This document shows positions 39,480 through 53,751 of a stretch of DNA of 64,000 bases, in pieces (the stretch's first letter is position 1; each line of letters opens with the position of its first letter). The notes below the pieces were generated by a model that saw nothing but the letters and a program-made list of their open reading frames with translations, was not told where the DNA came from and searched no databases. This DNA comes from a bacterium (lineage in GTDB: Bacteria > Patescibacteriota > Dojkabacteria > JAKAPS01), in contig JAKAPS010000005.1 in assembly GCA_021806925.1 (NCBI GenBank), positions 80-64,079 of the forward strand, in the 5' to 3' direction. The position numbers and the translations under genes were made by a program.

Positions 39480-40002
39480 ATATTCCTGATATTGAATATC
39501 CAGCTTGGTTAGAATTTTGAGAATATACTAGAGAACTTACAGTTAATCCAGATATATTCGTATTTTTATATAACGTATCAATATATATTGATAGTGTAGT
39601 TATATTTGGACTGTATATATACATGCTGAAATTTCTACCATTAAGATCTACATTCTGCAAATATGCACCTGTTGGAAGTGATTGGTTAAAGAAATTGAAA
39701 AAATTAATTGGATTAAATGCGTTATTTTGTATGTTTGATATAAAAGAGGATTTCTCTTTTGCAACATACATACCGCCAGCTATAACACTGTAGTTTGACA
39801 ATTCAACTTTCAAATTACTTATTACATTTTTATCGCTATTAACAATTACAGAATATATTGAATCTACAACTAAGAGGACACCAGCAACGGCAACAAACGC
39901 AAGAAGTATAAGAGCTGAATAAAAATCAACTTTGAACTTTTTTACCTCTTTTATTACTTGTTCTCTAGTTGGAACTGGAACAAGGTTAATTGTATTTGCC
40001 AT
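39466..40002 (-). CDS. pilN: type IV pilus assembly protein PilN
   Basis: INLVP motif (compare INLLP) followed by a TM helix, typical of the PilN N-terminus. Confidence 0.7.
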   Translation of the reverse strand: MANTINLVPVPTREQVIKEVKKFKVDFYSALILLAFVAVAGVLLVVDSIYSVIVNSDKNVISNLKVELSNYSVIAGGMYVAKEKSSFISNIQNNAFNPINFFNFFNQSLPTGAYLQNVDLNGRNFSMYIYSPNITTLSIYIDTLYKNTNISGLTVSSLVYSQNSNQAGYSISGIYEGH

Positions 40003-40033
40003 TTTTACTTTCTATATATCAATATATTTAATA

Positions 40034-40435
40034 TTATTCCTCAACAAGTAAACTTCTAACTTCATAAAGAACCTGCTCAGGTGTTAAATCTGATTTAAGT
40101 AAATATCCTCTTACACTTTTTAATTTATATGCCTTTTTAACTTCAAACTCATTAGAGTTATTTGTAATTATCATAATTGCAATATCACCATATTTTTCGA
40201 TATCACCTTCTAGAGTTTCAATAACATCAAATCCGTCCATTCCTCTAAGGCTCAACATAAGATCAAGCATTAAAAAATCTGGTTTGAATTCTGATGCTAT
40301 TAAAACACCATTCTCCCCGTTAGATGCACTCCTGACATCATATCCTGCACTCTGCATAATAGTAACATACATCTCCCTTATATCTTTCTCATCTTCTATT
40401 ATCAGACATTTTTTATAATCAGATAATTGTTTCAT
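40034..40435 (-). CDS. CheY-like response regulator, receiver domain only (PilH/PilG-like)
   Basis: D-D...D54 (LMLDLMLSLRGMDGFDV)...K receiver signature. No output domain. Embedded in the pilus cluster. Confidence 0.8.
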   Translation of the reverse strand: MKQLSDYKKCLIIEDEKDIREMYVTIMQSAGYDVRSASNGENGVLIASEFKPDFLMLDLMLSLRGMDGFDVIETLEGDIEKYGDIAIMIITNNSNEFEVKKAYKLKSVRGYLLKSDLTPEQVLYEVRSLLVEE

Positions 40436-40489
40436 AATTTATTATCTAGCACATTATACTTTACCCACAAATTAGTAATTCTCATCTTA

Positions 40490-41302
40490 CTAAAATGATA
40501 CAGGTGAACTTGACCCAACTCCACCTGAATATAGGACGTAATCAAATATACCTGGCAAATTGCCAGATGAAGTTAACAAACTGTTTAATACTATTCTTGA
40601 GCCATTATAGTAACCTGAAGCATTTACGTTATACCCTTGAGTAACACCGTTATTAGGAATAATTATCACATTAGATGAATTTCCGGAATAATTTATCAAT
40701 GTTGCTCTTACAATGTCCCAATTGTTGTTACTAGACGATTTCGAAAATGTAACAACATAATCATTGTTATAATTTGAATTTTGAGATAACCCATAAGGAG
40801 CTGCACAAGATGAATCTTCAGTTGTTGGAACAGAATAATTTCCATTACTATTAATTCCGGTAGGGTAATACAAGCACATATAGTTTGTTCCATCATTATT
40901 TATGAAATTGAGTTCAAGAAGTGATGTATTATCATACCAGCCAAATATAACGTTAGTAGATTTTGATATATCAGCTGTAACAGTTTCGTCTTTTTGCAAA
41001 ACTGCATTTATTGATGTTGAGGGTGTAATTGTGTAGACACAATTACTACTCGTCGTTCCACTACAAGGCTGAGATATACCACTACTTGGAATACTTGAAG
41101 AACTATTCTGTATCAATGCCTTGGCACCAGATAATGCACTTTGTGCATAGAATTGTGCCTGTTGCATATTTGTATTTTGAATTGTTGAAACTGTATTTAG
41201 TGATATATTTTGACTAAGTGTAACAACAAGGAAAAATACAATAAATATAACAACAATAACTAAAACTAGCGCTTGTCCTTTATTTTTTTTAAGTACCATC
41301 AT
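40490..41302 (-). CDS. PilX-like minor pilin / pilus assembly protein
   Basis: N-terminal KGQALVLVIVVIFIV hydrophobic segment typical of the PilX N-terminal domain. S/T/N-rich. Confidence 0.5.
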   Translation of the reverse strand: MMVLKKNKGQALVLVIVVIFIVFFLVVTLSQNISLNTVSTIQNTNMQQAQFYAQSALSGAKALIQNSSSSIPSSGISQPCSGTTSSNCVYTITPSTSINAVLQKDETVTADISKSTNVIFGWYDNTSLLELNFINNDGTNYMCLYYPTGINSNGNYSVPTTEDSSCAAPYGLSQNSNYNNDYVVTFSKSSSNNNWDIVRATLINYSGNSSNVIIIPNNGVTQGYNVNASGYYNGSRIVLNSLLTSSGNLPGIFDYVLYSGGVGSSSPVSF

Positions 41303-41880
41303 CTGCTATATTGTACTATAGAACTTAGTCCCATGTGAATATTTTTATCATTTCCCGTTAAAAGTGTAATTAACTGACCTGATTGTAATTGAAAATTCAC
41401 TGAACTTATATTAACATTACTCTGATTCAAAAGTGTAGTTAAACCACTTCCATTTCCGTTAACTACAACCGTTTCCTCAATATATCCATTGTTATTAATA
41501 ACCACATATTGAAATGTAATTGTAGAAGTTGTCATTGTTGAATTTCCTGATGTACTAGATAAACTGGATGATGTAAATTCAACACATGTATAATTTGTAC
41601 TACAGCTTATTGGGTTATATGCATATTGAATAGACTTATCGATTGTTGTTTCTATTGTTGACAAACTACTCCTCAAGTAATTTCTCTCATTTATATCTGT
41701 TATTGTAGTAACAATATTCAAAAGAATAGAAGTTAACAGAATTGCAAGAAAACCGAATATAGCCATGGAGATAACAACCTCTATTAATGTAAATCCAGAA
41801 CTATTCTTATTTCCAGCTTTCTGTTTAAATCTAATATCAATATATTTCCAAATATATCTTTTTATATTTTTCACTTCCAT
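41299..41880 (-). CDS. type IV pseudopilin (minor pilin)
   Basis: Class III signal sequence ...SGFTLIEVVISMAIFGFL. Translationally coupled to its neighbours. Confidence 0.65.
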   Translation of the reverse strand: MEVKNIKRYIWKYIDIRFKQKAGNKNSSGFTLIEVVISMAIFGFLAILLTSILLNIVTTITDINERNYLRSSLSTIETTIDKSIQYAYNPISCSTNYTCVEFTSSSLSSTSGNSTMTTSTITFQYVVINNNGYIEETVVVNGNGSGLTTLLNQSNVNISSVNFQLQSGQLITLLTGNDKNIHMGLSSIVQYSR

Positions 41881-41947
41881 TCTTAATTATATTTAATATA
41901 TGTGTATTTCATTTTTACTATTACCAAACTTCCTCTTATAAATACTT

Positions 41948-42589
41948 CTATAAATAATATATCTCATTGTATGTTATTACAACAGGAAGAGAACTTGAAT
42001 TAAATTCGTTATATAGGACTTTTGATGTTAGGGAGATAAAGTTTCCTGATGAATTTGGAACAATTGACAATATATTCTTAAAATTTGTTAGGTTATAGTT
42101 ACCTGTTGTATTCATTGTCATACTGCATTGGTAGTTACCTTGACCACTTCCAGTTGTATTTGTTGCAATATATACATTTTCAGGTGATACTGAATAATAA
42201 ATATCAAATGATTGATTGTATGTAGGATTATAGCAATTTGATATTAGGTTAAGTAAACCAGGGGCTGAGAATCCATTCTGACAAATGTAATAGTAATATG
42301 TTACTGGATTGCTATAAAGTGTATTCAAGCACATCGGGTTATATGATTTAATCATATCGAACTTTTCGATTTGAGATACGTTTATATAGTTTGCATTGTC
42401 TCTATTTTCATTTTCATATTCGATTTTCAAATCTCTGGTTGATAGATTAAGGAGTGCTATTAAACTCAATCCAGTTATTGCTATAACTACAATTATTTCT
42501 ATTAAAGATAAGCCATCTCTACTCTTAAACTTATCCTTAAATATTTTAAATATATTAGTCCGAATTCTTTTATATATATTTTTATTCAT
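41948..42589 (-). CDS. type IV pseudopilin (minor pilin)
   Basis: Prepilin-like N-terminus ...DGLSLIEIIVVIAITGL. Confidence 0.6.
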   Translation of the reverse strand: MNKNIYKRIRTNIFKIFKDKFKSRDGLSLIEIIVVIAITGLSLIALLNLSTRDLKIEYENENRDNANYINVSQIEKFDMIKSYNPMCLNTLYSNPVTYYYYICQNGFSAPGLLNLISNCYNPTYNQSFDIYYSVSPENVYIATNTTGSGQGNYQCSMTMNTTGNYNLTNFKNILSIVPNSSGNFISLTSKVLYNEFNSSSLPVVITYNEIYYL

Positions 42590-43299
42590 TGTATTAGATT
42601 AGGGTTGTAAAGTGGGGTAGAGTTATATTTTCCGCCTGAATAACTTGCAACTGTTACACTAGTTCCAGTTCCATGGTAAGCAACATTTAGACTTAATGAA
42701 CCTAAATGGCTTGGCTGAATATATACACCTGTACTTCCGAAGACAAAACCAGTCCCTGTTAAGTTCTCATATGCTATATAGTAATTATTGCTAAAACCTC
42801 CAACAGGTAATTCCTTCCATGATATAACTAGATTAGTGTCACGAGAAAAGTTTCCCTGACTATATAACTGGTATTCAACACCATTCACTTTGTCTATAAA
42901 TCCAGAACATGTTGAAAGCAATGGTATATCAAGAGTAAATCCAGAAGTATTATCTAATACGTATTGCAGATTACCTGAATATGAGAAATTGAGACTAGTT
43001 GGTGATCCATCATTCGCATCAATCAGCTTATATATACAATATCCGTTCTTTTGCTGATTTAATGAGAATAAATATCCATAAGTAATAGGGGAGTTAATGT
43101 TTTCAGTTACTGAATTGACTGCTAAATTCTCAGTAGAATTAAGTAATGATACTATACTATCAGAAACAGATTTTGAGTATTGATAATTCTTAGTGCTGTT
43201 TATTGCACTTATACTTATACCTAAAAGTATTGCTGTTATTGCTAGAACAAGCAGAATTTCAATTAAACTGAATCCCTTGTTTTTATAGCTTCCAATCAT
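42586..43299 (-). CDS. type IV pseudopilin (minor pilin)
   Basis: Prepilin N-terminus ...KGFSLIEILLVLAITAIL. Confidence 0.65.
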   Translation of the reverse strand: MIGSYKNKGFSLIEILLVLAITAILLGISISAINSTKNYQYSKSVSDSIVSLLNSTENLAVNSVTENINSPITYGYLFSLNQQKNGYCIYKLIDANDGSPTSLNFSYSGNLQYVLDNTSGFTLDIPLLSTCSGFIDKVNGVEYQLYSQGNFSRDTNLVISWKELPVGGFSNNYYIAYENLTGTGFVFGSTGVYIQPSHLGSLSLNVAYHGTGTSVTVASYSGGKYNSTPLYNPNLIQ

Positions 43300-44210
43300 A
43301 CACCTAAATAATAGTGTAAAATTAGAAATATTGGAAGTGAAAGGAAATAGCTGTAAAAAATTAAAGATGATAAAAACCCGATACCCATAAAAGGAGCAAA
43401 GAATATTGGATCTTTTAATTTTTTTCTTCTTAACAAAAGAACATATAAACCATATAACCCGCCGCTTATAAAAGATATATAAACAAATACAAGTGATAGA
43501 TCAAATCCAAGAATAAAGGAGAGAGGGAATGACAAGTAAACATCGCCTAAACCTATTCCTTTTCTATTTGTTAATATATATATAGCAAGGAATAATATTA
43601 GTGTCAGAATTCCAGATAACAGGTGATACATAAATATGTTCAAATACTGATTTGAAAAATAGCTGAATAACATATTAGATGACTGTTGCAAAAATTCTGG
43701 AATAAACATTGTTACCAGTCCCAATGCTGACAATAGTGCTACCATTGTGTCGCTTATGAGATAATTCTTAATATCGTAATATGAAACATAGAATATTATT
43801 GAAGCAAAAATGAAAAACAGTATTAAATTTATATAGAAAATTGATATATTAAATCCATTCTGTGGTAGTAGATACATGCTGTACAAAAAATCAATTGTAA
43901 AAATTGCACCCAAAACCAACTCAACAAAGAAATACTCTACACTTATTTTATTTTTACAATATCTACACCTACCATTTAAATATATGTATGACAACACTGG
44001 AATTAAATCAAAAGGGCCTAATTTATGTTTGCACGTTTCACAATATGACCTACCAAGTATAGCTTTAGAAAATGTCTTTTTATTCTCAAATGTATTTATT
44101 GACACTTCTTTTTCCCTGTAAACAAGTACAGCAATAAAACTGGCTAAACTCCCTCCAATCATAAAAACTAATAAGGCTGATATAAAAAAGAGTATATATA
44201 CTTCAATCAT
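43296..44210 (-). CDS. pilD: prepilin peptidase (A24 family)
   Basis: Multi-TM protein with a cytoplasmic Zn-binding C-x2-C...C-x2-C motif (CETCKH...CRYCKNKI) and A24 catalytic Asp regions. Confidence 0.8.
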   Translation of the reverse strand: MIEVYILFFISALLVFMIGGSLASFIAVLVYREKEVSINTFENKKTFSKAILGRSYCETCKHKLGPFDLIPVLSYIYLNGRCRYCKNKISVEYFFVELVLGAIFTIDFLYSMYLLPQNGFNISIFYINLILFFIFASIIFYVSYYDIKNYLISDTMVALLSALGLVTMFIPEFLQQSSNMLFSYFSNQYLNIFMYHLLSGILTLILFLAIYILTNRKGIGLGDVYLSFPLSFILGFDLSLVFVYISFISGGLYGLYVLLLRRKKLKDPIFFAPFMGIGFLSSLIFYSYFLSLPIFLILHYYLGV

Positions 44211-44792
44211 TTAATTAAAACATTGGCTTAGAGATCCATTAATAGGATTATCAATCATTGATAGGTTATATTGACTTGGAATTGAGAAATATGTATATGA
44301 ATAAGACCCTCCAAGGAAATTACCATTCCCAGTTATATAGAATGGATTACCTAGAGTATCTGTACACTTACCACCAGATGGTGTTTTCAATACTAATATA
44401 TATGCAGATTCCCCGCTACTGGTGCAATATCCAAATGAACTGTATACAGACTGATTCGGATTTCCCAATACATTTTTAAATGTATTTTCATCAAGTGGAG
44501 GTAATACAGAAGTATTCATGCTATTAACCAGATCACTTATACTACCTAGCTTATCAAATCCATCAGTAACAGAACCACAGTCGACTTTTGGATATGTGTT
44601 TGTTATTGAATCGTACTCATTTAAATACGTCTCAATTGAAGTAAGGGTCGCCTTATTTTTCTGATCCTGTGAATACCTCTCCGCACCAAGCAAACCAACA
44701 GTAGCAAGAGCTATAAGAACAGATATGAGGAAGAAAACTAATAAAAGCTCTATTAATGTAAATCCTCTTCTTCTGTAATTAGTTGGCAACAT
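44211..44792 (-). CDS. type IV pilin / pseudopilin
   Basis: ...RRRGFTLIELLLVFFLISVL prepilin signal. Start placed at the Met closest to the leader; the longer ORF-track start would overlap pilA. Confidence 0.6.
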   Translation of the reverse strand: MLPTNYRRRGFTLIELLLVFFLISVLIALATVGLLGAERYSQDQKNKATLTSIETYLNEYDSITNTYPKVDCGSVTDGFDKLGSISDLVNSMNTSVLPPLDENTFKNVLGNPNQSVYSSFGYCTSSGESAYILVLKTPSGGKCTDTLGNPFYITGNGNFLGGSYSYTYFSIPSQYNLSMIDNPINGSLSQCFN

Positions 44793-45249
44793 AATATGAT
44801 GCAGTGCTTCCTTCCAGGAATACTCCCATCTGATAACCATTTGAACCTCCTGTAGTGTCATAGCAAAGATTTAAATCATTTGCATTAAATGATACTGGTC
44901 TTGTGGAACCACAACTCACTATACTGTTATAACTCAATCCATCTAATCCTACACATGTGCCATTTACTGTTATACCATCATTGTTACTATTTCCTTGAGT
45001 TGAACAATTATTTGTTGTTGAAGATATGAAACTACTAAAATTACTTACAGAAGGATAACTCCCTGATTGAGACTGATAGGTTTGAAGCATTGCATTCAAC
45101 TGAGCTACTATATCTTTTCTTGATGTATCCCTCTGAGCACTTCTTGCAGCATTGAAGCCGACTATTGCAAGTGCTATTAATATACCAATAATAGCCATTA
45201 CAACCAGGAGTTCTATAAGAGTAAATCCGTTATATTTTCTATTTTCCAT
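44779..45249 (-). CDS. pilA: type IVa major pilin PilA-like
   Basis: MENRKYNGFTLIELLVVMAIIGILIAL is a classic short leader ending in G followed by F(+1)TLIEL. First gene of the minus-strand pilus operon. Confidence 0.7.
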   Translation of the reverse strand: MENRKYNGFTLIELLVVMAIIGILIALAIVGFNAARSAQRDTSRKDIVAQLNAMLQTYQSQSGSYPSVSNFSSFISSTTNNCSTQGNSNNDGITVNGTCVGLDGLSYNSIVSCGSTRPVSFNANDLNLCYDTTGGSNGYQMGVFLEGSTASYYVAN

Positions 45250-45336
45250 ACCACTTTATATTATACCTTTAATAATTATTTTTCAAATAATTATTATACT
45301 CTTCAAAAAATAACAAACTAATTATACAGAAGATAG

Positions 45337-46011
45337 CTACTTACTATCAGTACTAACATATACACTCATAGTTTGATATCCAATTCTGCCTGGTCCAGTA
45401 AATCTATTTAAAACTAGATTCGTGCTTGCAAAAAAGCCAGTAGATAATGCTGTAAAAGTTGAGGTCATATTTACGGTTGAATCTTTGTATAGAAATGCAC
45501 CAGGTTCAATGTCTATAGATTCATTTGCTTCAAGATTCCTTTCAAACACATTACCATATCCATGTAAAAGTAATGTACCTTCAGTATCACTTCCAGTAAA
45601 CCTGTCCATAAAAAATCCAGTTCCACCAATAAGAATATTTGAAATTCCTTTAACACGAGTAAAGGAATAATCTACGTTTTTTGTAGCTAGTAAGAACTGA
45701 TGTTCTCTAACATCTATTTCTGTTCCAGGTTTAATTTGAAGAGATATTATTTGTCCAACGCCATCTCTTGAGAAAGCAATCTTCCCACTTCCATGTGCTT
45801 CAGTCATAACTATTGGCAGTCCAGCTATAAATCTTCTTCCTAACCCTTTAAGTATTTTCGCAGCTATATTTACACTTGGATCTTTCCATAAAAGTATGTG
45901 ATGTTCAAAATATATAGCATCAGTAAACGCATCAAGGGTTACTACAACCTCTGGAACAAATTCCCCTTGAATTTTAATATTGTTATTTTGACTTGTATTA
46001 GTATTATCCAT
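45337..46011 (-). CDS. AIM24/TIGR00266 (DUF124) family protein
   Basis: Repeated G-x-G-x-F/L-x-x-R-F-T-G motifs (GGTGFFMDRFTG, LVLNRFTGPG) and length fit AIM24-like proteins. Start placed at the internal Met (MDNTNT...). Confidence 0.6.
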   Translation of the reverse strand: MDNTNTSQNNNIKIQGEFVPEVVVTLDAFTDAIYFEHHILLWKDPSVNIAAKILKGLGRRFIAGLPIVMTEAHGSGKIAFSRDGVGQIISLQIKPGTEIDVREHQFLLATKNVDYSFTRVKGISNILIGGTGFFMDRFTGSDTEGTLLLHGYGNVFERNLEANESIDIEPGAFLYKDSTVNMTSTFTALSTGFFASTNLVLNRFTGPGRIGYQTMSVYVSTDSK

Positions 46012-46153
46012 ACATATATTAGCACTAAAGCTTAAGAATATACATAAATTCATTAAGATTGTTTAAATTTATATCTAATAAGTGCTTATTTCACAAACAC
46101 ATGTAGTTTGAAATATAATGTGAATATAAAGTAAAAATTTTTGAATATATTCT

Positions 46154-46726
46154 ATGCAAATAATTATTACAAAAGATAATAACATAAATGAGATATCTGA
46201 AGAACTATTAGATAAGGATGTTATAGAAGTATCACTACAAACTGATAAAAAAAGTATTGGTATAGATGAGTTAGATGAATTAAAAAAATTCTTAAGTGTA
46301 TTAGATGTAAATAGAGTAGGGGTTATATATAATGCAGAGAGACTAACGGACAGTGCTCAGAATTCCTTACTTAAAACATTAGAAGAGAATTCTCATGAAA
46401 TATATTTAATAGTTGAATCAGTGAAGGATATATTACCTACAGTTTATTCACGAGCAAATAATATTAGGAAACTAAAAGATGATATTGTATATAGCGATGA
46501 TGACAAATATATTCTTAGTATATTAAAACTTGATATAATTGACAAATTAAAATTCTCTATGGACAATGGCAATAGAGCTGAATATATACTAAAAATATAC
46601 CTCAAATCATTAGAACATGATATTAAAACATGTTTAAAAATTGATGAACTTCTACAAAAGGTATCTGCAGGAGTCAACGGAAGAAATATATTAGATGAAT
46701 TCTTTTTAACTTATGAAAAAGCATGA
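46154..46726 (+). CDS. holB: DNA polymerase III delta-prime-like protein lacking the N-terminal ATPase core
   Basis: AERLTDSAQNSLLKTLEE (compare the clamp-loader motif A..NALLKTLEEP) and TVYSRAN (SRC-like). No Walker A. Confidence 0.4.
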   Translation: MQIIITKDNNINEISEELLDKDVIEVSLQTDKKSIGIDELDELKKFLSVLDVNRVGVIYNAERLTDSAQNSLLKTLEENSHEIYLIVESVKDILPTVYSRANNIRKLKDDIVYSDDDKYILSILKLDIIDKLKFSMDNGNRAEYILKIYLKSLEHDIKTCLKIDELLQKVSAGVNGRNILDEFFLTYEKA

Positions 46727-47864
46727 CATTATAATTGGAATTGTAGCAATTATTATTGGAATATATTTGAGATTCTTTGTAAAGAATATCTTCTATAATT
46801 ATGATTACATCTCATATAAAATTGTAGGAAATATAATGATACATGGAGGGAATTTATACAAAGAAACAACAAGGTATAACTATTCGCCACTGTGGGCATA
46901 TATATTAGGTATATTTATGTATATATCTGAATTACTAAGAAATATTAATATATTCAGAGATTTAATTTGTTTAACACTTTCGCTGGCAGATATTGGATTA
47001 TCGTATATAATATATATCAAAAAGAATATATATTATGCGATTTTTTTCTTACTTAATCCCATATCTATAGTAATAACAGGAGGTCATAATCAATTTGATA
47101 ATATTGCAATACTTATTGCACTTATATCAGGTTTTATCTATGAAAGTTCAAAGAATCCAGTACATAAACATAGAAAAATAATTTCATATATTATGCTTGG
47201 AATATCTCTATCAATTAAACATATATTTTTTATATTTCCAGTATGGATATTCTTCATGGAAAAGACTCTAAAAGAAAAAATTGAAGGATTATTTATACCT
47301 TACATTATTTTCTTACTATCTTTTTCTCAATACATTTTCTTCTATCATGACTTAAAATATATAAAGGCAAATGTTTTTGAATACAGATCTTTCATACAAA
47401 ATTCAATATACTACAGACTTCTGCCACATTCAATGATTGGATACATACACCCTTTTATACTATACGTTTTCATATTAGTTGTATTAGGACTGTATATGAA
47501 AAACAAGTATAGTTTTTTTGATAGCCTTATCTATTACTCAATAGCTGTAACTTTATTTGCATCAGGATTATCTATACAACAAGTAATAATTCCATTACCT
47601 GCCATATTTATAATGTTTAATACTACATATCTTCTATATTTAATTAATACAACGTGGCTAATAATGGTAAGTAATGTTGAACTATCTATAAAGCAAGTTA
47701 TAAATAAGACTCCTCCTTTTATATTCAATATAAATACAACCCTTTATTTTCTGTTACTCGGCTTTATATTTTCAATATGCAACTTGAAAATTAAACAAAT
47801 ATTTATCGATTTTATTAATAGAATAGATGAGCAAGTAAAGGAAATATTTGAGAATTCTAAGTAA
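46713..47864 (+). CDS. polytopic integral membrane protein (possible GT-C type glycosyltransferase)
   Basis: At least 10 predicted TM helices. No soluble domain recognised. Confidence 0.35.
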   Translation: MKKHDIIIGIVAIIIGIYLRFFVKNIFYNYDYISYKIVGNIMIHGGNLYKETTRYNYSPLWAYILGIFMYISELLRNINIFRDLICLTLSLADIGLSYIIYIKKNIYYAIFFLLNPISIVITGGHNQFDNIAILIALISGFIYESSKNPVHKHRKIISYIMLGISLSIKHIFFIFPVWIFFMEKTLKEKIEGLFIPYIIFLLSFSQYIFFYHDLKYIKANVFEYRSFIQNSIYYRLLPHSMIGYIHPFILYVFILVVLGLYMKNKYSFFDSLIYYSIAVTLFASGLSIQQVIIPLPAIFIMFNTTYLLYLINTTWLIMVSNVELSIKQVINKTPPFIFNINTTLYFLLLGFIFSICNLKIKQIFIDFINRIDEQVKEIFENSK

Positions 47865-47911
47865 ATTCATCATCTTTTTTTATTGCTTCTGATTTATGCT
47901 AAAATATGTAA

Positions 47912-51142
<3,231 letters not shown>

Positions 51143-51153
51143 AAAAATATTGT

Positions 51154-53673
51154 ATGGATAAGATAAAAGTTGTAAATATTACTGATGAAATGAAAACAAG
51201 CTACATCAACTACGCAATGAGCGTAATTGTTGAGCGTGCTCTTCCTGATGCTAGGGACGGATTAAAACCAGTTCAAAGGAGAATAATATACTCCATGGAT
51301 CAGTTGCTACATATAAGGCATAATACAAAGTACAGGAAGTCTGTTCAAACAGTAGGGGAGGTTTTACAAAAATTTCACCCTCATGGTGATGTAAGTGTGT
51401 ATGATGCACTTGTCAGAATGGCACAGGATTTCTCAATGAGGAATCCTTTAATAGATGGTCAAGGGAATTTTGGTTCTGTTGATGGAGACAGTGCAGCAGC
51501 TATGAGGTACACTGAAGCAAGACTTGCCAAAATATCTGAAGAACTAGTTGCTGATATTGAAAAAGATACCGTACCATTTAGAGATAATTATGATGGAACT
51601 AATCAGGAGCCTACAATTCTTCCATCAGTTATTCCTAACCTTTTACTTAATGGTAGTGAAGGTATTGCAGTCGGAATGGCTACTAAGATTCCTCCTCATA
51701 ATCTTAATGAATTAATGAATGCTCTTATCTTCATTTCAGATATTGCAAAGAAGATGTACCTAAATGACACTGTTGTAAAAGGAGAATTTGTAACAATTGA
51801 TAAATTTGATGGAGAATATGATATGGACAGTCTTCTTGAAATAGTCAAAGGTCCAGATTTCCCAACGAAGGCAGAAATATATAACACAAAAGCGATAAAG
51901 GAATTCTATAGAACAGGAAAAGGAGTAATATTAATGAGAGCAGTTGCTCAAATTGTTGAAGATAAAAAGAAGACTCACATAGTAATTACCGAACTTCCAT
52001 TTCAGGTAAATAAAGCCAGACTTATAGAGAAGATTGCTGATATTACTAAATCTGGAAGAATAGAAGGGATAAGTGATATAAGGGACGAATCTGCAAGAGG
52101 CGAAATACGTGTAGTTATTGATTTAAAAAAGGATGTGTCACCAAACTACATTTTAAATTCTCTGTACAAATTCACTGAAATGCAGTTGAATTTCAATGCC
52201 AATATGCTTGCTCTTGTTGATAATGAACCTAAAGTACTTAACTTAAAGAATGTACTTGATCTATTTATAGAGCATAGACAAAAAATTATTGTTAACAGAT
52301 CAAAATTTGATTTGAAGATATACCAGGCCAGAGCTCATATTCTTGAGGGACTTCTAAAAGCCCTTGATATTCTTGATGAGGTAATTAATACAATAAGATC
52401 ATCAAAAACTCAGGAAGATGCTAAAAACAACCTTATGACTCTTTATGGATTCACTGATATTCAAGCAACTGCAATTCTGGATATGCAACTTAGAAAATTA
52501 GCAGCACTTGAAAGAGAAAAATTACAAAATGAATATGATGATCTTGAAAAAAGAATTGACGAGTTAATAACCCTTCTTTCAAGTAGATTATTAATAATGG
52601 ATACTATAAAAGAAGAATTTGAAAAAGTAAATGAAAGATATAGTACTCCAAGATTAACCAAAATTATTACATCCGCCCCTGGAGAAATTACAATTGAAGA
52701 CACGATATCTGAAGAACAGGTTGTAATAACGATATCTAATAAGGGGTATATAAAGAGAATGCAAAAAGATAGTTTTAAATTGCAGAATAGGGGGGGGAGG
52801 GGAGTACTTTCAGGAAATAGCAATAATGAAAAAAACGGCGAAGAAGAATATATAAGGCATATTATTAATTGTTCTACTCTGGATTACATTCTTCTTTTTA
52901 CAAATAAGGCAAAAGTGTTTCAAATAAGGGCATTTGATGTAAAAGAATACCAGAGAACTGCAAAAGGACAATCTATTGTCAATTTAATTGATATACAAAG
53001 TGATGAATATATTACAGAAGTCATAACGAAGTCAAAGAATGGATTTATAGATAAACAGACAGGCAATAGCGTGAAATATATTGCTATGATAACTATGAAA
53101 GGTACAGTTAAAAAGATATCATCTGATGAATTTAACTCAATTAGAAAATCAGGACTCAATGCAACCAAACTTGAAAATGGTGATGAACTTGTTTCAGTAA
53201 GAGCACTTCCAGAAGAAAGTACAATAATAATAGGGACTAAGCTTGGTAAAGCAATACATATTGAAGAAAAGAAACTAAGAGTGCTTGGAAGGATATCATA
53301 TGGTGTAAGAGGTATAAAATTAAAAGGTGAAGATAAAGTAATTGGAATGGATATAGTACATGATGAAAACTCATTTGTATTTACAGTATCAAAAAAAGGA
53401 TATGGTAAATTAACAAAGATAACTGAATTTCAGATTCAGAATAGGGGAGGAAGCGGTGTAAGGTTAGCAAAAGTAAGTAGTAAAGCTGGTGAGATACACT
53501 TCATGTCAATAATACAAGATAAAACTAACTTGAATATTATGCTAGCCTCAACAGAAGGAAATACTATTCTCGTGTCTATAGATACCATCCCAACACTGGG
53601 AAGGAATACATCAGGAGTTAAACTTATAAAGTTAACTGATGGTGCATATATATCACAGGTGGAGATTAGCTAA
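51154..53673 (+). CDS. gyrA: DNA gyrase subunit A
   Basis: Active-site region [10 protein letters not shown] (catalytic Tyr), QRR.IY motif and C-terminal beta-pinwheel repeats. Immediately downstream of gyrB. Confidence 0.9.
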   Translation: MDKIKVVNITDEMKTSYINYAMSVIVERALPDARDGLKPVQRRIIYSMDQLLHIRHNTKYRKSVQTVGEVLQKFHPHGDVSVYDALVRMAQDFSMRNPLIDGQGNFGSVDGDSAAAMRYTEARLAKISEELVADIEKDTVPFRDNYDGTNQEPTILPSVIPNLLLNGSEGIAVGMATKIPPHNLNELMNALIFISDIAKKMYLNDTVVKGEFVTIDKFDGEYDMDSLLEIVKGPDFPTKAEIYNTKAIKEFYRTGKGVILMRAVAQIVEDKKKTHIVITELPFQVNKARLIEKIADITKSGRIEGISDIRDESARGEIRVVIDLKKDVSPNYILNSLYKFTEMQLNFNANMLALVDNEPKVLNLKNVLDLFIEHRQKIIVNRSKFDLKIYQARAHILEGLLKALDILDEVINTIRSSKTQEDAKNNLMTLYGFTDIQATAILDMQLRKLAALEREKLQNEYDDLEKRIDELITLLSSRLLIMDTIKEEFEKVNERYSTPRLTKIITSAPGEITIEDTISEEQVVITISNKGYIKRMQKDSFKLQNRGGRGVLSGNSNNEKNGEEEYIRHIINCSTLDYILLFTNKAKVFQIRAFDVKEYQRTAKGQSIVNLIDIQSDEYITEVITKSKNGFIDKQTGNSVKYIAMITMKGTVKKISSDEFNSIRKSGLNATKLENGDELVSVRALPEESTIIIGTKLGKAIHIEEKKLRVLGRISYGVRGIKLKGEDKVIGMDIVHDENSFVFTVSKKGYGKLTKITEFQIQNRGGSGVRLAKVSSKAGEIHFMSIIQDKTNLNIMLASTEGNTILVSIDTIPTLGRNTSGVKLIKLTDGAYISQVEIS

Positions 53674-53751
53674 ATAAAAAAGTATATATATTATTATACA
53701 TTTATTTGTTACTGGTTGATTTTTGGATAAGAAAATTGTATAATATATAAT

